This document shows, piece by piece, positions 52,105-61,285 of a DNA stretch of 64,000 nucleotides. Position numbers and translations under genes: made by a program. The stretch's first letter is position 1. Each line of letters begins with the position of its first letter. The notes under the pieces were generated by a model that was not told where the DNA came from, did no database searches, and was given only the letters and a program-made list of their open reading frames with translations. This stretch comes from a virus, in the IMG/VR virus record IMGVR_UViG_3300045988_101454, positions 36,916 to 100,915 of that record; one strand, written 5' to 3'.

Positions 52105-52632
52105 TTATTTCTGTTCGTTTATGGCCGCCATCCTGCGACGGTAGAACTCTTTCTCTTCTATCTTCATGAGCGTCATGTCGGCACTTACATACGGCACATC
52201 CATATACCAGAAGCCGTGATGCAAGAACACGATGGGTGTTCTGTCGCCGAAACTCATAGGCATGGGCGTATTATCTTTCGGACTGCGCCGCGGCTGCAAA
52301 CTGAGTATGCTTATCAGCTCGGTTTCGCTCACAACGGGCAGTGCTGCCATTTCCTTTTCCAAGTCTGTGCCTTCCATAGGGAAAAACAACACGCGTCCAT
52401 CGGGTGTCTCCTTTCTGTCCCATCCGTCACGCGCAGTGGTGTCGGCAAACTCCACGGCTCCCACTCCACCTGCCATGCCGTCAGGCGACTCGTAATAGTA
52501 TTCTGCACCCTGCTTTTGAGCCCACTCACGTGCTGTATTCATTGCCGAGTTACAGCGGTAAAAAAAATCCTTGAGGTCGCCTCCCATCTTTGTGTCGGCA
52601 CTCACTTTGTAAAAATAATGCGGTTTCTTCAT
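52105..52632 (-). CDS. hypothetical protein (175 aa)
   Basis: ORF track; preferred over the antisense 52084-52650 ORF. Confidence 0.5.
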   Translation of the reverse strand: MKKPHYFYKVSADTKMGGDLKDFFYRCNSAMNTAREWAQKQGAEYYYESPDGMAGGVGAVEFADTTARDGWDRKETPDGRVLFFPMEGTDLEKEMAALPVVSETELISILSLQPRRSPKDNTPMPMSFGDRTPIVFLHHGFWYMDVPYVSADMTLMKIEEKEFYRRRMAAINEQK

Positions 52633-52718
52633 GTCTATAATTTTTTATGATTGTAAATTCTAAACTAAATAATTCAAAATCACCAAAGGTGACCAATTTC
52701 TAACTCCTAATTCAAAAT

Positions 52719-53015
52719 TCATCGTAGCGCAGCGTAGATGACTGGCTCTCCACATTCGTCGTCCTTCATCTTAAAGCCTCTCACAGCCAACTCCTGAAGG
52801 TACAATGCCAGCGGATCGCCTAATGGACACACCACTGCCTTAAAGTACGAGCGAAGCTGATAGTCGGTAAAAATGTCGCAGTCTTCACGCCAATGGTCCA
52901 ACGGTTTGTACTTGTCGCAGAACGCCTGTATCTTGGCAGGGATAACGAAGTCCTGTAGCGTCACTTCCGGCTGCTCTAAGATTTCAACCATTCCTCTGTC
53001 TTGTCTTTTAGCCAT
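52719..53015 (-). CDS. hypothetical protein (98 aa)
   Basis: ORF track. Confidence 0.45.
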   Translation of the reverse strand: MAKRQDRGMVEILEQPEVTLQDFVIPAKIQAFCDKYKPLDHWREDCDIFTDYQLRSYFKAVVCPLGDPLALYLQELAVRGFKMKDDECGEPVIYAALR

Positions 53016-53599
53016 GATAAAAATCCTAAGATATATAATAATACAAATGCCCAGAATGCAAGTTCCTTAAGAGCTTTCCACATAAAGTCTTCAAAAGAAG
53101 TGTCTTTTATCTCTTTTGTGTTCTTCTCCTTCTCCACACCAGTGCTGTCCTTCTTCGCCCAGTGGGTGCCAACATTCAACTTATTACTCAACACAAGACT
53201 GTCTATCGTGTGCTGCATCCGCGTCATTATCTCTTCCTGATACTTCAGTCGTGCCTCGTATGTGGCATTGCGCTCATAGTCGCCCTTGCGGTGTATGGTT
53301 CGGTCGGTGGTGGTGGTCTTGTTGCCCTGGGCATCCGTGCTCTCGGTCACTCGCTCCTGGATGGTCTCCTCTCCCCTACCCTTTTCGCTTGTGATGCCGG
53401 ACGTATGACTCTCGTCTGTAGCAAAAATCACGGTGCTATCAGTCTTCACGTCCGACTTCTTGACGCTATCCCTAACAACAGCCACCGTGCTGTCCCGTCG
53501 TTCCTCACTCCTGCTACCTTCAGTCTTCCGTGATGCAGCACAACCCATGAGCATGATTACAGCCATAAGCAATAACGTAATGTTTCTGATTTTTCCCAT
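52976..53599 (-). CDS. lipoprotein with a C-terminal TM segment
   Basis: ATG 53597-53599; MGKIRNITLLLMAVIMLMGCAAS lipobox-like; C-terminal FWAFVLLYILGFLSWL. Confidence 0.55.
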   Translation of the reverse strand: MGKIRNITLLLMAVIMLMGCAASRKTEGSRSEERRDSTVAVVRDSVKKSDVKTDSTVIFATDESHTSGITSEKGRGEETIQERVTESTDAQGNKTTTTDRTIHRKGDYERNATYEARLKYQEEIMTRMQHTIDSLVLSNKLNVGTHWAKKDSTGVEKEKNTKEIKDTSFEDFMWKALKELAFWAFVLLYILGFLSWLKDKTEEWLKS

Positions 53600-53708
53600 A
53601 TTTATGTCTTGTTGATTTACGCCTACAAAATTAGAAAAAGTAGCTGACACAAACAGGACATAATAAAACACCGCCTACCCTATGGGAATGGGTAAGCGGT
53701 GTGAAAAA

Positions 53709-54878
53709 TCATTTATCCGATAAAGAATAATTCCATTTAACAGTCTTGCCAAACACTTTGATGGAACATTTTTTTACGTGCTTTATAACCTCGTCGGTCA
53801 AACATCTCTCCACTTTTTCGCATTGCTCACGGCTTGCTTTTAAGAGAATAGTACTGCCATCGTAGGACACAAACCCAACCTTGCGCAGTTCGTCTCCTGC
53901 CTCGCCAACAAGCATAGCCAATAGCTGCTGCCATTCTCGCTCGCCAGGCTTCACTTCTTCAGCAAAGAGAGTGAGCTGTTGCTCCTGTTGTCTTTGTTGC
54001 ATCGCATGCTGCATCTGCTCGATGGTGTCATATATTGTAAACTCTATATAAGCAGGATTACCAACCTTTCGCTTGCCATTATAGATAGGCTCATACGACA
54101 CGCATACATCAAGCAATCCGTCTTTTCGCAAACGGTTGATGTCATTGATACTCGTTTCAATGACATTCTTCTTGAACTGGGAGAACTTAGGATAGGCTTC
54201 TTTCTTTTCTTTTCCGTCTTTTCGCGGTCGTCCCGATCTTTCGTCGGTGCCTTCGGTAATCTTGCCCAACATACCCAGATACGTTTTTATATCTAACACG
54301 GTCAAGCGCACCACCCTATGCTTCCAGTGTTCCGATTTCTTATGCAGATAATAATACATCATGGGCATACGCTCAATCTGTCCTATTCGGGCTATATCAG
54401 CAGGATGGCGTACATATCCCTGACTCATGTCAAACACATAGTCCACGACTTCGGGATTCAGTCTGAAAGACACACCTGTACCTCCTTCAAAAGAAATATT
54501 GGCGTGCGTAAAGATATTAAAAGCCTTAACAGAAGCCTTGCCATCGCTATCCTCACTTGGAGCATCAACGGTTAAATTCAAAACCTCCTGGACAGCAGCA
54601 CGCGCTACATTGTAGTTGGCTATATCCATGCCCAGCTCTGCATACGACATAACGAACTCCGGCATACCGTTGTTCTTTTCCGCTTCGGAAAAAAGGGGAC
54701 GCGGCACCTTCGGGGCTTTTCGTAAGTCACTACCAAAGAAATGACGCACATAGCCCTGTAGGTGTTCGCTGACCTTAGTCAATACCGTTTGCTGAAGCAA
54801 CGACAGGTTCTTAGAGAACTTAGTGTAAGCAAAGGGCGTACTGATATATTGTTGTGGTAAATGTTTGTCTCTTTCCAT
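53709..54878 (-). CDS. plasmid-type replication initiator (Rep)
   Basis: 389-aa ORF directly downstream of an iteron and AT-rich field. The N-terminus ..YTKFSKNLSLLQQTVLTKVSEHL resembles RepB/Rep_3-type initiators. Confidence 0.55.
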   Translation of the reverse strand: MERDKHLPQQYISTPFAYTKFSKNLSLLQQTVLTKVSEHLQGYVRHFFGSDLRKAPKVPRPLFSEAEKNNGMPEFVMSYAELGMDIANYNVARAAVQEVLNLTVDAPSEDSDGKASVKAFNIFTHANISFEGGTGVSFRLNPEVVDYVFDMSQGYVRHPADIARIGQIERMPMMYYYLHKKSEHWKHRVVRLTVLDIKTYLGMLGKITEGTDERSGRPRKDGKEKKEAYPKFSQFKKNVIETSINDINRLRKDGLLDVCVSYEPIYNGKRKVGNPAYIEFTIYDTIEQMQHAMQQRQQEQQLTLFAEEVKPGEREWQQLLAMLVGEAGDELRKVGFVSYDGSTILLKASREQCEKVERCLTDEVIKHVKKCSIKVFGKTVKWNYSLSDK

Positions 54879-54910
54879 AATAGATACTTTTATACAGTTT
54901 CGGTAAAGAA

Positions 54911-55160
54911 GTCATAATGTTTTTTACCTCAACCGCCCTTTTTAGGGGTATTTGGTCATAATGTTTTTTACCTCGCAATTTTTCTAACTGCTATAATATA
55001 TAGGAGTATAAGTGCATTTTTCGTCTTCCCTAAATAAAACAAACAAAGTATTTTATTATGTTTATTTTAAATAATAGGTAAAAAACATTATGACCTTTTC
55101 ACCTCCTAATACCTTTTAAGGTAAAAAACATTATGACCTTTTCACCAAGGTAAAAAACTT
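54911..55160. repeat. iteron field / putative origin of replication
   Basis: GTCATAATGTTTTTTACCTC at 54911 and 54955 (direct). The inverted form AGGTAAAAAACATTATGACCTTTTCACC is at 55076 and 55119, with a partial copy at 55148. A 100-nt AT-rich spacer lies between. Confidence 0.7.
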
Positions 55161-55170
55161 TAGTAGGATT

Positions 55171-55638
55171 TTACCTTACGCATTTTCTCTCTACGAACTC
55201 GTGTATCGCCTGTAACGCAAGATCCTTCAGTGTGCGACCCGTCTGTATCTTCAGCATCATAAGCTGCATATAATCGTCCATCGGCACATTCACAACAATA
55301 CCGTTTTCGGTCTTCATACCATTCAATGCAAAGCGACTTGCCGTGTTCTTGCTCTTGCGATTTTTTGTCGCTGTCACAGGCTTGTTTGTGACTTCAGTCT
55401 GCTGCTCCTTACTTTCAAGAGGAGCAGATGGTTTTGAATCTTCTTGTTGAGTGTCGGATGTTTCTGTTATGGATGTTGTTTCGTCCTGCTTATTCTCGTC
55501 TTCCGGTTTCGATGTTGCAGATGTGTTCTCTGTAGTAAGTGCATCACTATCTGCCTCCGTTTTACTCTCACTATGCTCTCTTATATCTTCTGAAGTCTTG
55601 GCTACCTTAGTTTCGCCAAACACAAATTTTTTTGCCAT
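55171..55638 (-). CDS. ParG/RHH-like centromere-binding protein candidate
   Basis: Immediately downstream of parA. Disordered acidic Ser/Thr-rich N-terminus; C-terminal ..IVVNVPMDDYMQLMMLKIQTGRTLKDLALQAIHEFVERK is strand-helix-helix-like. Confidence 0.45.
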   Translation of the reverse strand: MAKKFVFGETKVAKTSEDIREHSESKTEADSDALTTENTSATSKPEDENKQDETTSITETSDTQQEDSKPSAPLESKEQQTEVTNKPVTATKNRKSKNTASRFALNGMKTENGIVVNVPMDDYMQLMMLKIQTGRTLKDLALQAIHEFVERKCVR

Positions 55639-55650
55639 ATCTTCAATTTT

Positions 55651-56493
55651 TTAATCCTCAGTATAAGTATCAACTATCTCTTGCGCAAAAGCCTCATAGC
55701 TCTTCGCAGCGTCACATTCAGGCGCATACGTAAAGATGTCCTGCATCATCGCCTGGGCTTCCACAATCTTTGTACGGCGCGGAATCTCGGTCTTGAACAC
55801 ATACTCTCCGTATTCGTCGTCGATATGCTGCGAGAATCCGGCACTCGCCTTGGTTCGCTTATCAACCATAACTTTCAGTAGTCCGCGAAGTTCAAGGTTA
55901 GGATTAATCTCAGCCTTCACCTCCTCTGCCCAACGTATAACACTCGACGAACCGAACGTAGGCAATGCCTCAAGCTGCATTGGGATGATAATGCCGGTAG
56001 CCACCGACATGGCGTTCTTCGTTACAAGGTTCATGGCTGGAGGGCAATCGATGATGATATAGTCGAAGGCTTCTATCACACTCTGCTCACCACCCTGCTC
56101 CTCAGTCAGCGTAACGGGGATAGCAAACAGCTTCTGTAACACCTTCAAAGGATTAAGCTCACGCAGCAAAAACGGTTCCACGCCCAACATATCCTCCGAC
56201 GATGGTGCAATATACAAGTTGCCGTGATAGTCCTGCTCGTCAACACTCACCTGGTACACGGGCATGGCTGTCTTGTTCACCATAGCCTCGTACATAGTGC
56301 CGTGCTTGTCCTCACGCTCGCGCCAACCGCACAACAACGACACGTTAGCCACCTGAGCATCAAGGTCGATAATCAGTACTCTGGTTTCTGGGTTCAGCTT
56401 GATCAATCCGCAAGCCAAGTTGTGAGCTGTTGTGCTCTTACCTACTCCGCCTTTGTCGTTCACAATGGCGAGAACTTCTCTGAGTCTTTCCAT
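55651..56493 (-). CDS. parA: ParA-family partition ATPase
   Basis: Deviant Walker A LAIVNDKGGVGKSTTAHNLA; 280 aa. Confidence 0.9.
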   Translation of the reverse strand: MERLREVLAIVNDKGGVGKSTTAHNLACGLIKLNPETRVLIIDLDAQVANVSLLCGWREREDKHGTMYEAMVNKTAMPVYQVSVDEQDYHGNLYIAPSSEDMLGVEPFLLRELNPLKVLQKLFAIPVTLTEEQGGEQSVIEAFDYIIIDCPPAMNLVTKNAMSVATGIIIPMQLEALPTFGSSSVIRWAEEVKAEINPNLELRGLLKVMVDKRTKASAGFSQHIDDEYGEYVFKTEIPRRTKIVEAQAMMQDIFTYAPECDAAKSYEAFAQEIVDTYTED

Positions 56494-56534
56494 ATTCTTT
56501 AAGTATTTAAATGTTAATAATATCTATCTAAATA

Positions 56535-56885
56535 CATAAGTACGAACATATCTAAATATCTACGAACCTACGAACGTATAAAAGTACGAACGTATATGAA
56601 TACGTAAATACGTGAGTACGTCAGTATCTTTGTATCACGTTGCAAATTTAAGAATTATAATTCATATATCCAAACTTTTTAGCCTAAATATTTATCTACC
56701 TACGTAGATAACTACCAACGTACCTATTTATTTATTTACCTATCTATATAGATAAATAAGAACGTAAATAAATAAGTAGGTATATAAATAGGTAAATTAA
56801 TACGTTTATACTTACGTATAAACGTACATACGTATATACGTAAGTACAAAAGTACTTAAATAAGAAAATATCTTAGTACGAAAGT
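56535..56885. repeat. centromere-like field of short TACGAAC/TACGTA repeats flanking the parA promoter
   Basis: At least 15 copies of (G/T/A)TACG(A/T)A-type motifs on both sides of the promoter element 56638-56662. Confidence 0.55.
56638..56662 (-). promoter_or_regulatory. parA promoter element (TAAATTTG -7 box)
   Basis: CGTTGCAAATTTAAGAATTATAATT, 24/25 identical to 22093-22117. Confidence 0.55.
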
Positions 56886-56966
56886 ATAGATCTGTTTCCA
56901 TTCGCCATTTATCGTTATGTCCACATGCTCCTCTTCGCTCGTTCTCTCCGTTCGGATGGGCAGTAT

Positions 56967-57413
56967 TCAGTACTTGGTCTTCATTCCCGCCTTCGTCACC
57001 GTGCCATGCGGTACAAACGTGTAACAGCTGCCCGACTGACTATCCACGTACAAAATGCGCTGCTTGCTATGCCAAAAGCCTTTGGGCAAGTCGGCATACT
57101 TCAACACCTTCACAGCCTCTAATCTCGTAGGCAGTCTGTAAAGAGGATGGGCTATCAACACCGATGGGGTGGGGTAGTCGAGAATATAAAGATTCGTCAA
57201 TGTCTTGCCGTTAGCCGACAGCGCAGCACGGCTCATTGGCATGCGCATCGGCGCGCCCATGGGCGACACACTCACGCCCATGCCGCACATAACCTTTACA
57301 TGTGCCTTCCCCGGCTTCACGTTCTCCACTAAATTCTCGTTGCCGCTACTGCATGATACAATCGTCATGCCCACGGATGCAATAGCAGCCATCATCTTCA
57401 AGTTAGTTTTCAT
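56967..57413 (-). CDS. lipoprotein (148 aa)
   Basis: MKTNLKMMAAIASVGMTIVSCSSG is signal-peptide and lipobox-like. Confidence 0.55.
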   Translation of the reverse strand: MKTNLKMMAAIASVGMTIVSCSSGNENLVENVKPGKAHVKVMCGMGVSVSPMGAPMRMPMSRAALSANGKTLTNLYILDYPTPSVLIAHPLYRLPTRLEAVKVLKYADLPKGFWHSKQRILYVDSQSGSCYTFVPHGTVTKAGMKTKY

Positions 57414-57510
57414 AATCGTTAGGTTTTCGTTATTAAATTGATTTAGTCATCAAAAGAAACGGATGAACCCGACCTTTCTTTAACATCGGATTCAACCGTT
57501 TCATCGGATT

Positions 57511-57738
57511 TCACCCTACAAGCGACCTTACCAGGTTTTCGCCCTTCTCCGTCAGCTCGTACACGTCCTCGCCGAACATACTCTGAAACCACGTCTCAAG
57601 ATACCCTGCTTCCACGAGTTCCTCCAGTTCCGGACACGCTGGCTTCCCGTCTACACGTCGATAACCCGCAAAACCTTTCTTCTGAATGTGCTTCAATGTT
57701 GCAATCTGACTCTTTGAAAATTTCTCTGTTTCTACCAT
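57511..57738 (-). CDS. hypothetical small protein (75 aa)
   Basis: ORF track. Confidence 0.45.
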   Translation of the reverse strand: MVETEKFSKSQIATLKHIQKKGFAGYRRVDGKPACPELEELVEAGYLETWFQSMFGEDVYELTEKGENLVRSLVG

Positions 57739-57792
57739 AATTCTATAAAGTTTAAAATATTAATAATGTGTAAATATTATTGATGATACCAT

Positions 57793-58074
57793 TTATTCTT
57801 CTTCTGCAATCAAATCATCAAGATACTCATCTGCATCCAACCATAACTCATAAGTATTGGTATTTGGGCGAGGAGACTTCTGATATTCTTCATCAGAGAT
57901 ATATCCCTGCTGCTTCAAATTTTCAATACGCTGTTGAGCTTCTTCCTCTGTGAAAAACTCGTTGTCTGTCACGTCGTTCTTCTCACGGTCGTTCACAATA
58001 TAATGACCGCATCCATAAAATGTAGTATAGATAATGGAGTGTGCTCCATATTGTTTTGTTTCTTCGTATGTCAT
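57793..58074 (-). CDS. hypothetical small protein (93 aa)
   Basis: ORF track. Confidence 0.45.
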   Translation of the reverse strand: MTYEETKQYGAHSIIYTTFYGCGHYIVNDREKNDVTDNEFFTEEEAQQRIENLKQQGYISDEEYQKSPRPNTNTYELWLDADEYLDDLIAEEE

Positions 58075-58092
58075 AATATGTAATCTTTAAAG

Positions 58093-59592
58093 TTATTCCT
58101 TTGTCAGTCCTCCCAGCATCGGCAGGAAGAACACCGCAGCTCCCGCGAACGCCAGCATCACGACTCCCGTTGACACAGCCATCAGCACTGCCAGTACACC
58201 CGCCAACACCGTCTTCACGCCCATACCCTTGTCTTCCCTTGCCGTGTTGTCTTCGCGTTTCTCTCGCAGCGTCGGCTCGCCTACCTGCGGATAGTTACGC
58301 TTGCGCTTTGGCTTTGGCTGGGGTGTAGATTCCGGCTGGGGTATAGGTTCCGGTTCTGCTTCTGCTTCCTGCTCCTGACTCTGATTAATCTCCGTCTCTA
58401 TAACGCAAGGTTCCTCTACCTTTCCATCCACACACACGATAACATCGCCGTGCAGGCTAACCTCAATCTTGCAACCTGGCACAAGGGCTTTCTGGTTGAA
58501 GGTATTCTCGCTGCCGCAGTTGGCATGAGAAAAACGGTGTCCGTTCATTTCCACTTCGTCAAAGTCGGCTACGTATGTTATCTTGCCAGTCTTCTCGCCT
58601 ACCGTGGTATGGTGTCCGCGATATGTAGTAACGGCCTTGAATACGGGACGAAACTTAAATGCGCAGTTATACTTTGCGTCATGGTCTGTCTGTCCGATGC
58701 GGTCGTAATAGTCGTAATTGTCAAACTTGAACACAAGTCCGTCGGTAGGGTAGGGCAGCTTCTCGCGCTCCACCTCTGCAGCGCACACGATGCTCTCTAT
58801 GTCCTGCTCCAGTTCTGCATCCGTCTTTTCAAGATTGAGAGCCGACACAAAGCCCGAAGTCTTGAAGCCATTACGTTCCAAGGCTTGCATCGCCGGCATG
58901 TGCCTTATCACGCCGTCCATAATGAGGCGGAACGGATGAAACTCCAGGCGCTTGCACTCGTCCTTTACAGCCACCTTCTTCGCCATGATGCCGTTGCTCG
59001 TAGAACGAGGTGACTTGCCAGCCTTGCTATAACGGGCAAACGCCCCAAGCGAGATAATTACCTCGCCTCTCACCTCCACTCGGTCGTACTGGCTCCATAC
59101 GTCCACATGGGCGGGTACGCCCTGCACATGCTTGATATGGTCCAGGCAATCGTTACCAAACAGCTCCTTGCCGTGTCCGTAGGTGGCTTCAGCCAACACT
59201 CCCTGGCGATATACCAGACTCACGGTCTCGCCGTCAAATTTCCACTCCACATCCACCTCCGTGCCCTTGCCGTTGATGTTGGCAGCTTTCTGTTGTGCTC
59301 TCAGGTATTTCACCACCACCTTGGCATCATGCAGCTTCTTCATCGACAGACAAGCCGTACGACGTGCCACGGTGCGCTTGCCGTTGCCGTTCTCGCTGTA
59401 ACACTGCTGAGTAGGTGAGTCAGGCAATACCTCGTCCGCATGCTGCTCTTCGTACTCCTGCAAGGCAAAATACATCGCGTCGTATTCCTTGTCGCTGATG
59501 GTCGGACAGTTCAGCCCGAAATATCTATAGTCGTGCATCTTAACTACGTCCACCAACGCACGATAATCGTCAAAATTCTTAATCTTAGTCAT
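58093..59592 (-). CDS. ligA: NAD-dependent (LigA-type) DNA ligase core with a C-terminal TM anchor
   Basis: ..CPTISDKEYDAMY..LPDSPTQ.. (domain Ia), EWKFDGETVSL (KxDG), ..ATYGHGKELFGND... No Zn-finger, HhH or BRCT region. C-terminal VLAGVLAVLMAVSTGVVMLAFAGAAVFFLPMLGG. Confidence 0.65.
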   Translation of the reverse strand: MTKIKNFDDYRALVDVVKMHDYRYFGLNCPTISDKEYDAMYFALQEYEEQHADEVLPDSPTQQCYSENGNGKRTVARRTACLSMKKLHDAKVVVKYLRAQQKAANINGKGTEVDVEWKFDGETVSLVYRQGVLAEATYGHGKELFGNDCLDHIKHVQGVPAHVDVWSQYDRVEVRGEVIISLGAFARYSKAGKSPRSTSNGIMAKKVAVKDECKRLEFHPFRLIMDGVIRHMPAMQALERNGFKTSGFVSALNLEKTDAELEQDIESIVCAAEVEREKLPYPTDGLVFKFDNYDYYDRIGQTDHDAKYNCAFKFRPVFKAVTTYRGHHTTVGEKTGKITYVADFDEVEMNGHRFSHANCGSENTFNQKALVPGCKIEVSLHGDVIVCVDGKVEEPCVIETEINQSQEQEAEAEPEPIPQPESTPQPKPKRKRNYPQVGEPTLREKREDNTAREDKGMGVKTVLAGVLAVLMAVSTGVVMLAFAGAAVFFLPMLGGLTKE

Positions 59593-59627
59593 ATTCTATA
59601 AAGTATTTAAAATGTGATTATTTATTT

Positions 59628-60188
59628 TCACTTCTCTACTTGCGCCAATACGCCTACGACTCGTGCTTTGTCGTCGATGTACCGATTAACCAAACAATAG
59701 TCTCCTGCCTTCACCCGCTTGTAAGGAATACGCTTATAATCCCCGAAGTTTCCCGACGGTCTGTAATAACGTCGCTTGTTTTCGTCTTCAGGGCATTCTG
59801 ACGGTGAACTGATAGCAAGGGAGCCAATATTATTGCAGAAAACGCCATCTTTCCACGTTCCTTCCTTGTACACATAATATGTCTCAGGCTCTTTTACCTT
59901 CGACAATATCATGTCGCGGGCCTTCAATCCTATGTCAGCATAAGGCTCGGTAAGGTCTACCTCAAAATCGAAGCAAGTGGCAGCGCGAAGAATGCACATC
60001 GCATAATCTGTCACAGCACCTTTGCCTCCACTCGTAACACGCACACAGCGCATGGTGTCCGTGATATACTGTCCGCCTCCATGCTGGATGATCCACTCGT
60101 GCACATCGTCGGCAACGGTATATCGCCGCGTGCTGCCTTCCATAGCCGGACGGCCGGCTCTTGTATTTTCAGTCTTGATAATTTCCAT
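59628..60188 (-). CDS. hypothetical protein (186 aa)
   Basis: ORF track. Confidence 0.5.
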   Translation of the reverse strand: MEIIKTENTRAGRPAMEGSTRRYTVADDVHEWIIQHGGGQYITDTMRCVRVTSGGKGAVTDYAMCILRAATCFDFEVDLTEPYADIGLKARDMILSKVKEPETYYVYKEGTWKDGVFCNNIGSLAISSPSECPEDENKRRYYRPSGNFGDYKRIPYKRVKAGDYCLVNRYIDDKARVVGVLAQVEK

Positions 60189-60200
60189 TTTTCCTTCGTT

Positions 60201-60821
60201 TTAACCCTCGTCTATAATATCGTCTTTCTCACCCTCGTCTTGCATCTTAAGCTCGTTGGGCAACCATGTTGGCCACCAGGTTACATCCATTGCCCATTGG
60301 AACATGTCTATGTCTTCCGTGCGATAATTCCAGTAGACGTGCAGGATTTTGAACACTTCCCAGGCTTCTGCGTCTGTCAACTCCGACAACACTCCCCTCA
60401 GATTCTCCTCCTCGGCTTCCGTCATGTCCACACTCTTCTCGAAATCTGCCCAGTCGCACACCTCGGCGCACAACATACAAGCCGCGTGTTCTGCGTCCAT
60501 ATCCGACAACATAAGGCTGTTGGTTGCGGCAGCCATGGCCAGCCAGTATTTTTCATTGCTCAACTTCCAGATAGCCGAGCGACGAGAACGCCAGTCACTA
60601 AGAGCCACCTCCACGTGGTTCTCTGCCATCCAGTCGCCTATCTCGCGCATGATACGTGCCATTCCAGGCGCATCGGTAAAAACGAAGTCGGCAGGGAGTT
60701 TTACCTCCTGGCTCTCGTTAAACAAACCTTCGCGAAACTCAATCGCGATGCCACTCTCATTGTCCTTCACCGTCCACATCAGATTCTTGCCCGATGTCAA
60801 CTCAAATCTTTCTTTTGCCAT
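60201..60821 (-). CDS. hypothetical acidic protein (206 aa from ATG)
   Basis: Track start 60851 is a TTG; ATG at 60819-60821 (MAKERFELTSG). Confidence 0.5.
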   Translation of the reverse strand: MAKERFELTSGKNLMWTVKDNESGIAIEFREGLFNESQEVKLPADFVFTDAPGMARIMREIGDWMAENHVEVALSDWRSRRSAIWKLSNEKYWLAMAAATNSLMLSDMDAEHAACMLCAEVCDWADFEKSVDMTEAEEENLRGVLSELTDAEAWEVFKILHVYWNYRTEDIDMFQWAMDVTWWPTWLPNELKMQDEGEKDDIIDEG

Positions 60822-60840
60822 AATATTTCTTTTTACTTTT

Positions 60841-61101
60841 TTACTTTTCAATCATTTTCAGTTCCGCGCCCAGTGCTCCTGCAATCTTGTTGAGCACGTC
60901 AATATTAACGGCATACTTGCCGGCTTCAACACTGCGGACGTTCGCGGTGGTGATGCCCGCAATCTGGGCGAGCTGCTCCTGCTCCCAGCCCTGGACGGTG
61001 CGCAACTTGCGGATGCTCTCGCCCATGGCCTTACGCTTGTCATAAATTATTTGGTCTTTTTCCATGTTGTCTGTATTTTTGTAATTAAACCCAGCCTCCA
61101 T
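60841..61101 (-). CDS. XRE-family HTH transcriptional regulator
   Basis: ..MGESIRKLRTVQGWEQEQLAQIAGITTANVRSVEAGKYAVNIDVLNKIAGALG..; an alternative ATG lies at 61065. Confidence 0.7.
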   Translation of the reverse strand: MEAGFNYKNTDNMEKDQIIYDKRKAMGESIRKLRTVQGWEQEQLAQIAGITTANVRSVEAGKYAVNIDVLNKIAGALGAELKMIEK

Positions 61102-61282
61102 AACGAGGCATATTCCTCAATACAACGCCCTTCAGGTTCTTCACACCGTACTCCTTGCAAAGCCACTCCTCCAGGTCGTCCCAATACTCCCAGTCCCTTG
61201 TCTCACCCGTCTGCACATTGCGCAGACGGATGCGGACAAAGAGGTAATCTCGCGTAACGTCTATAATCTCGTACATACACAT
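61085..61282 (-). CDS. hypothetical small protein (65 aa)
   Basis: ORF track. Confidence 0.45.
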   Translation of the reverse strand: MCMYEIIDVTRDYLFVRIRLRNVQTGETRDWEYWDDLEEWLCKEYGVKNLKGVVLRNMPRYGGWV

Positions 61283-61285
61283 GGG

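Noticed and set aside
56520-56890. Possible CRISPR array
   Set aside because: The repeats are only 6-8 nt, irregularly spaced, in both orientations and extremely AT-rich. There are no cas genes. The context (parA promoter) fits a centromere/operator instead.
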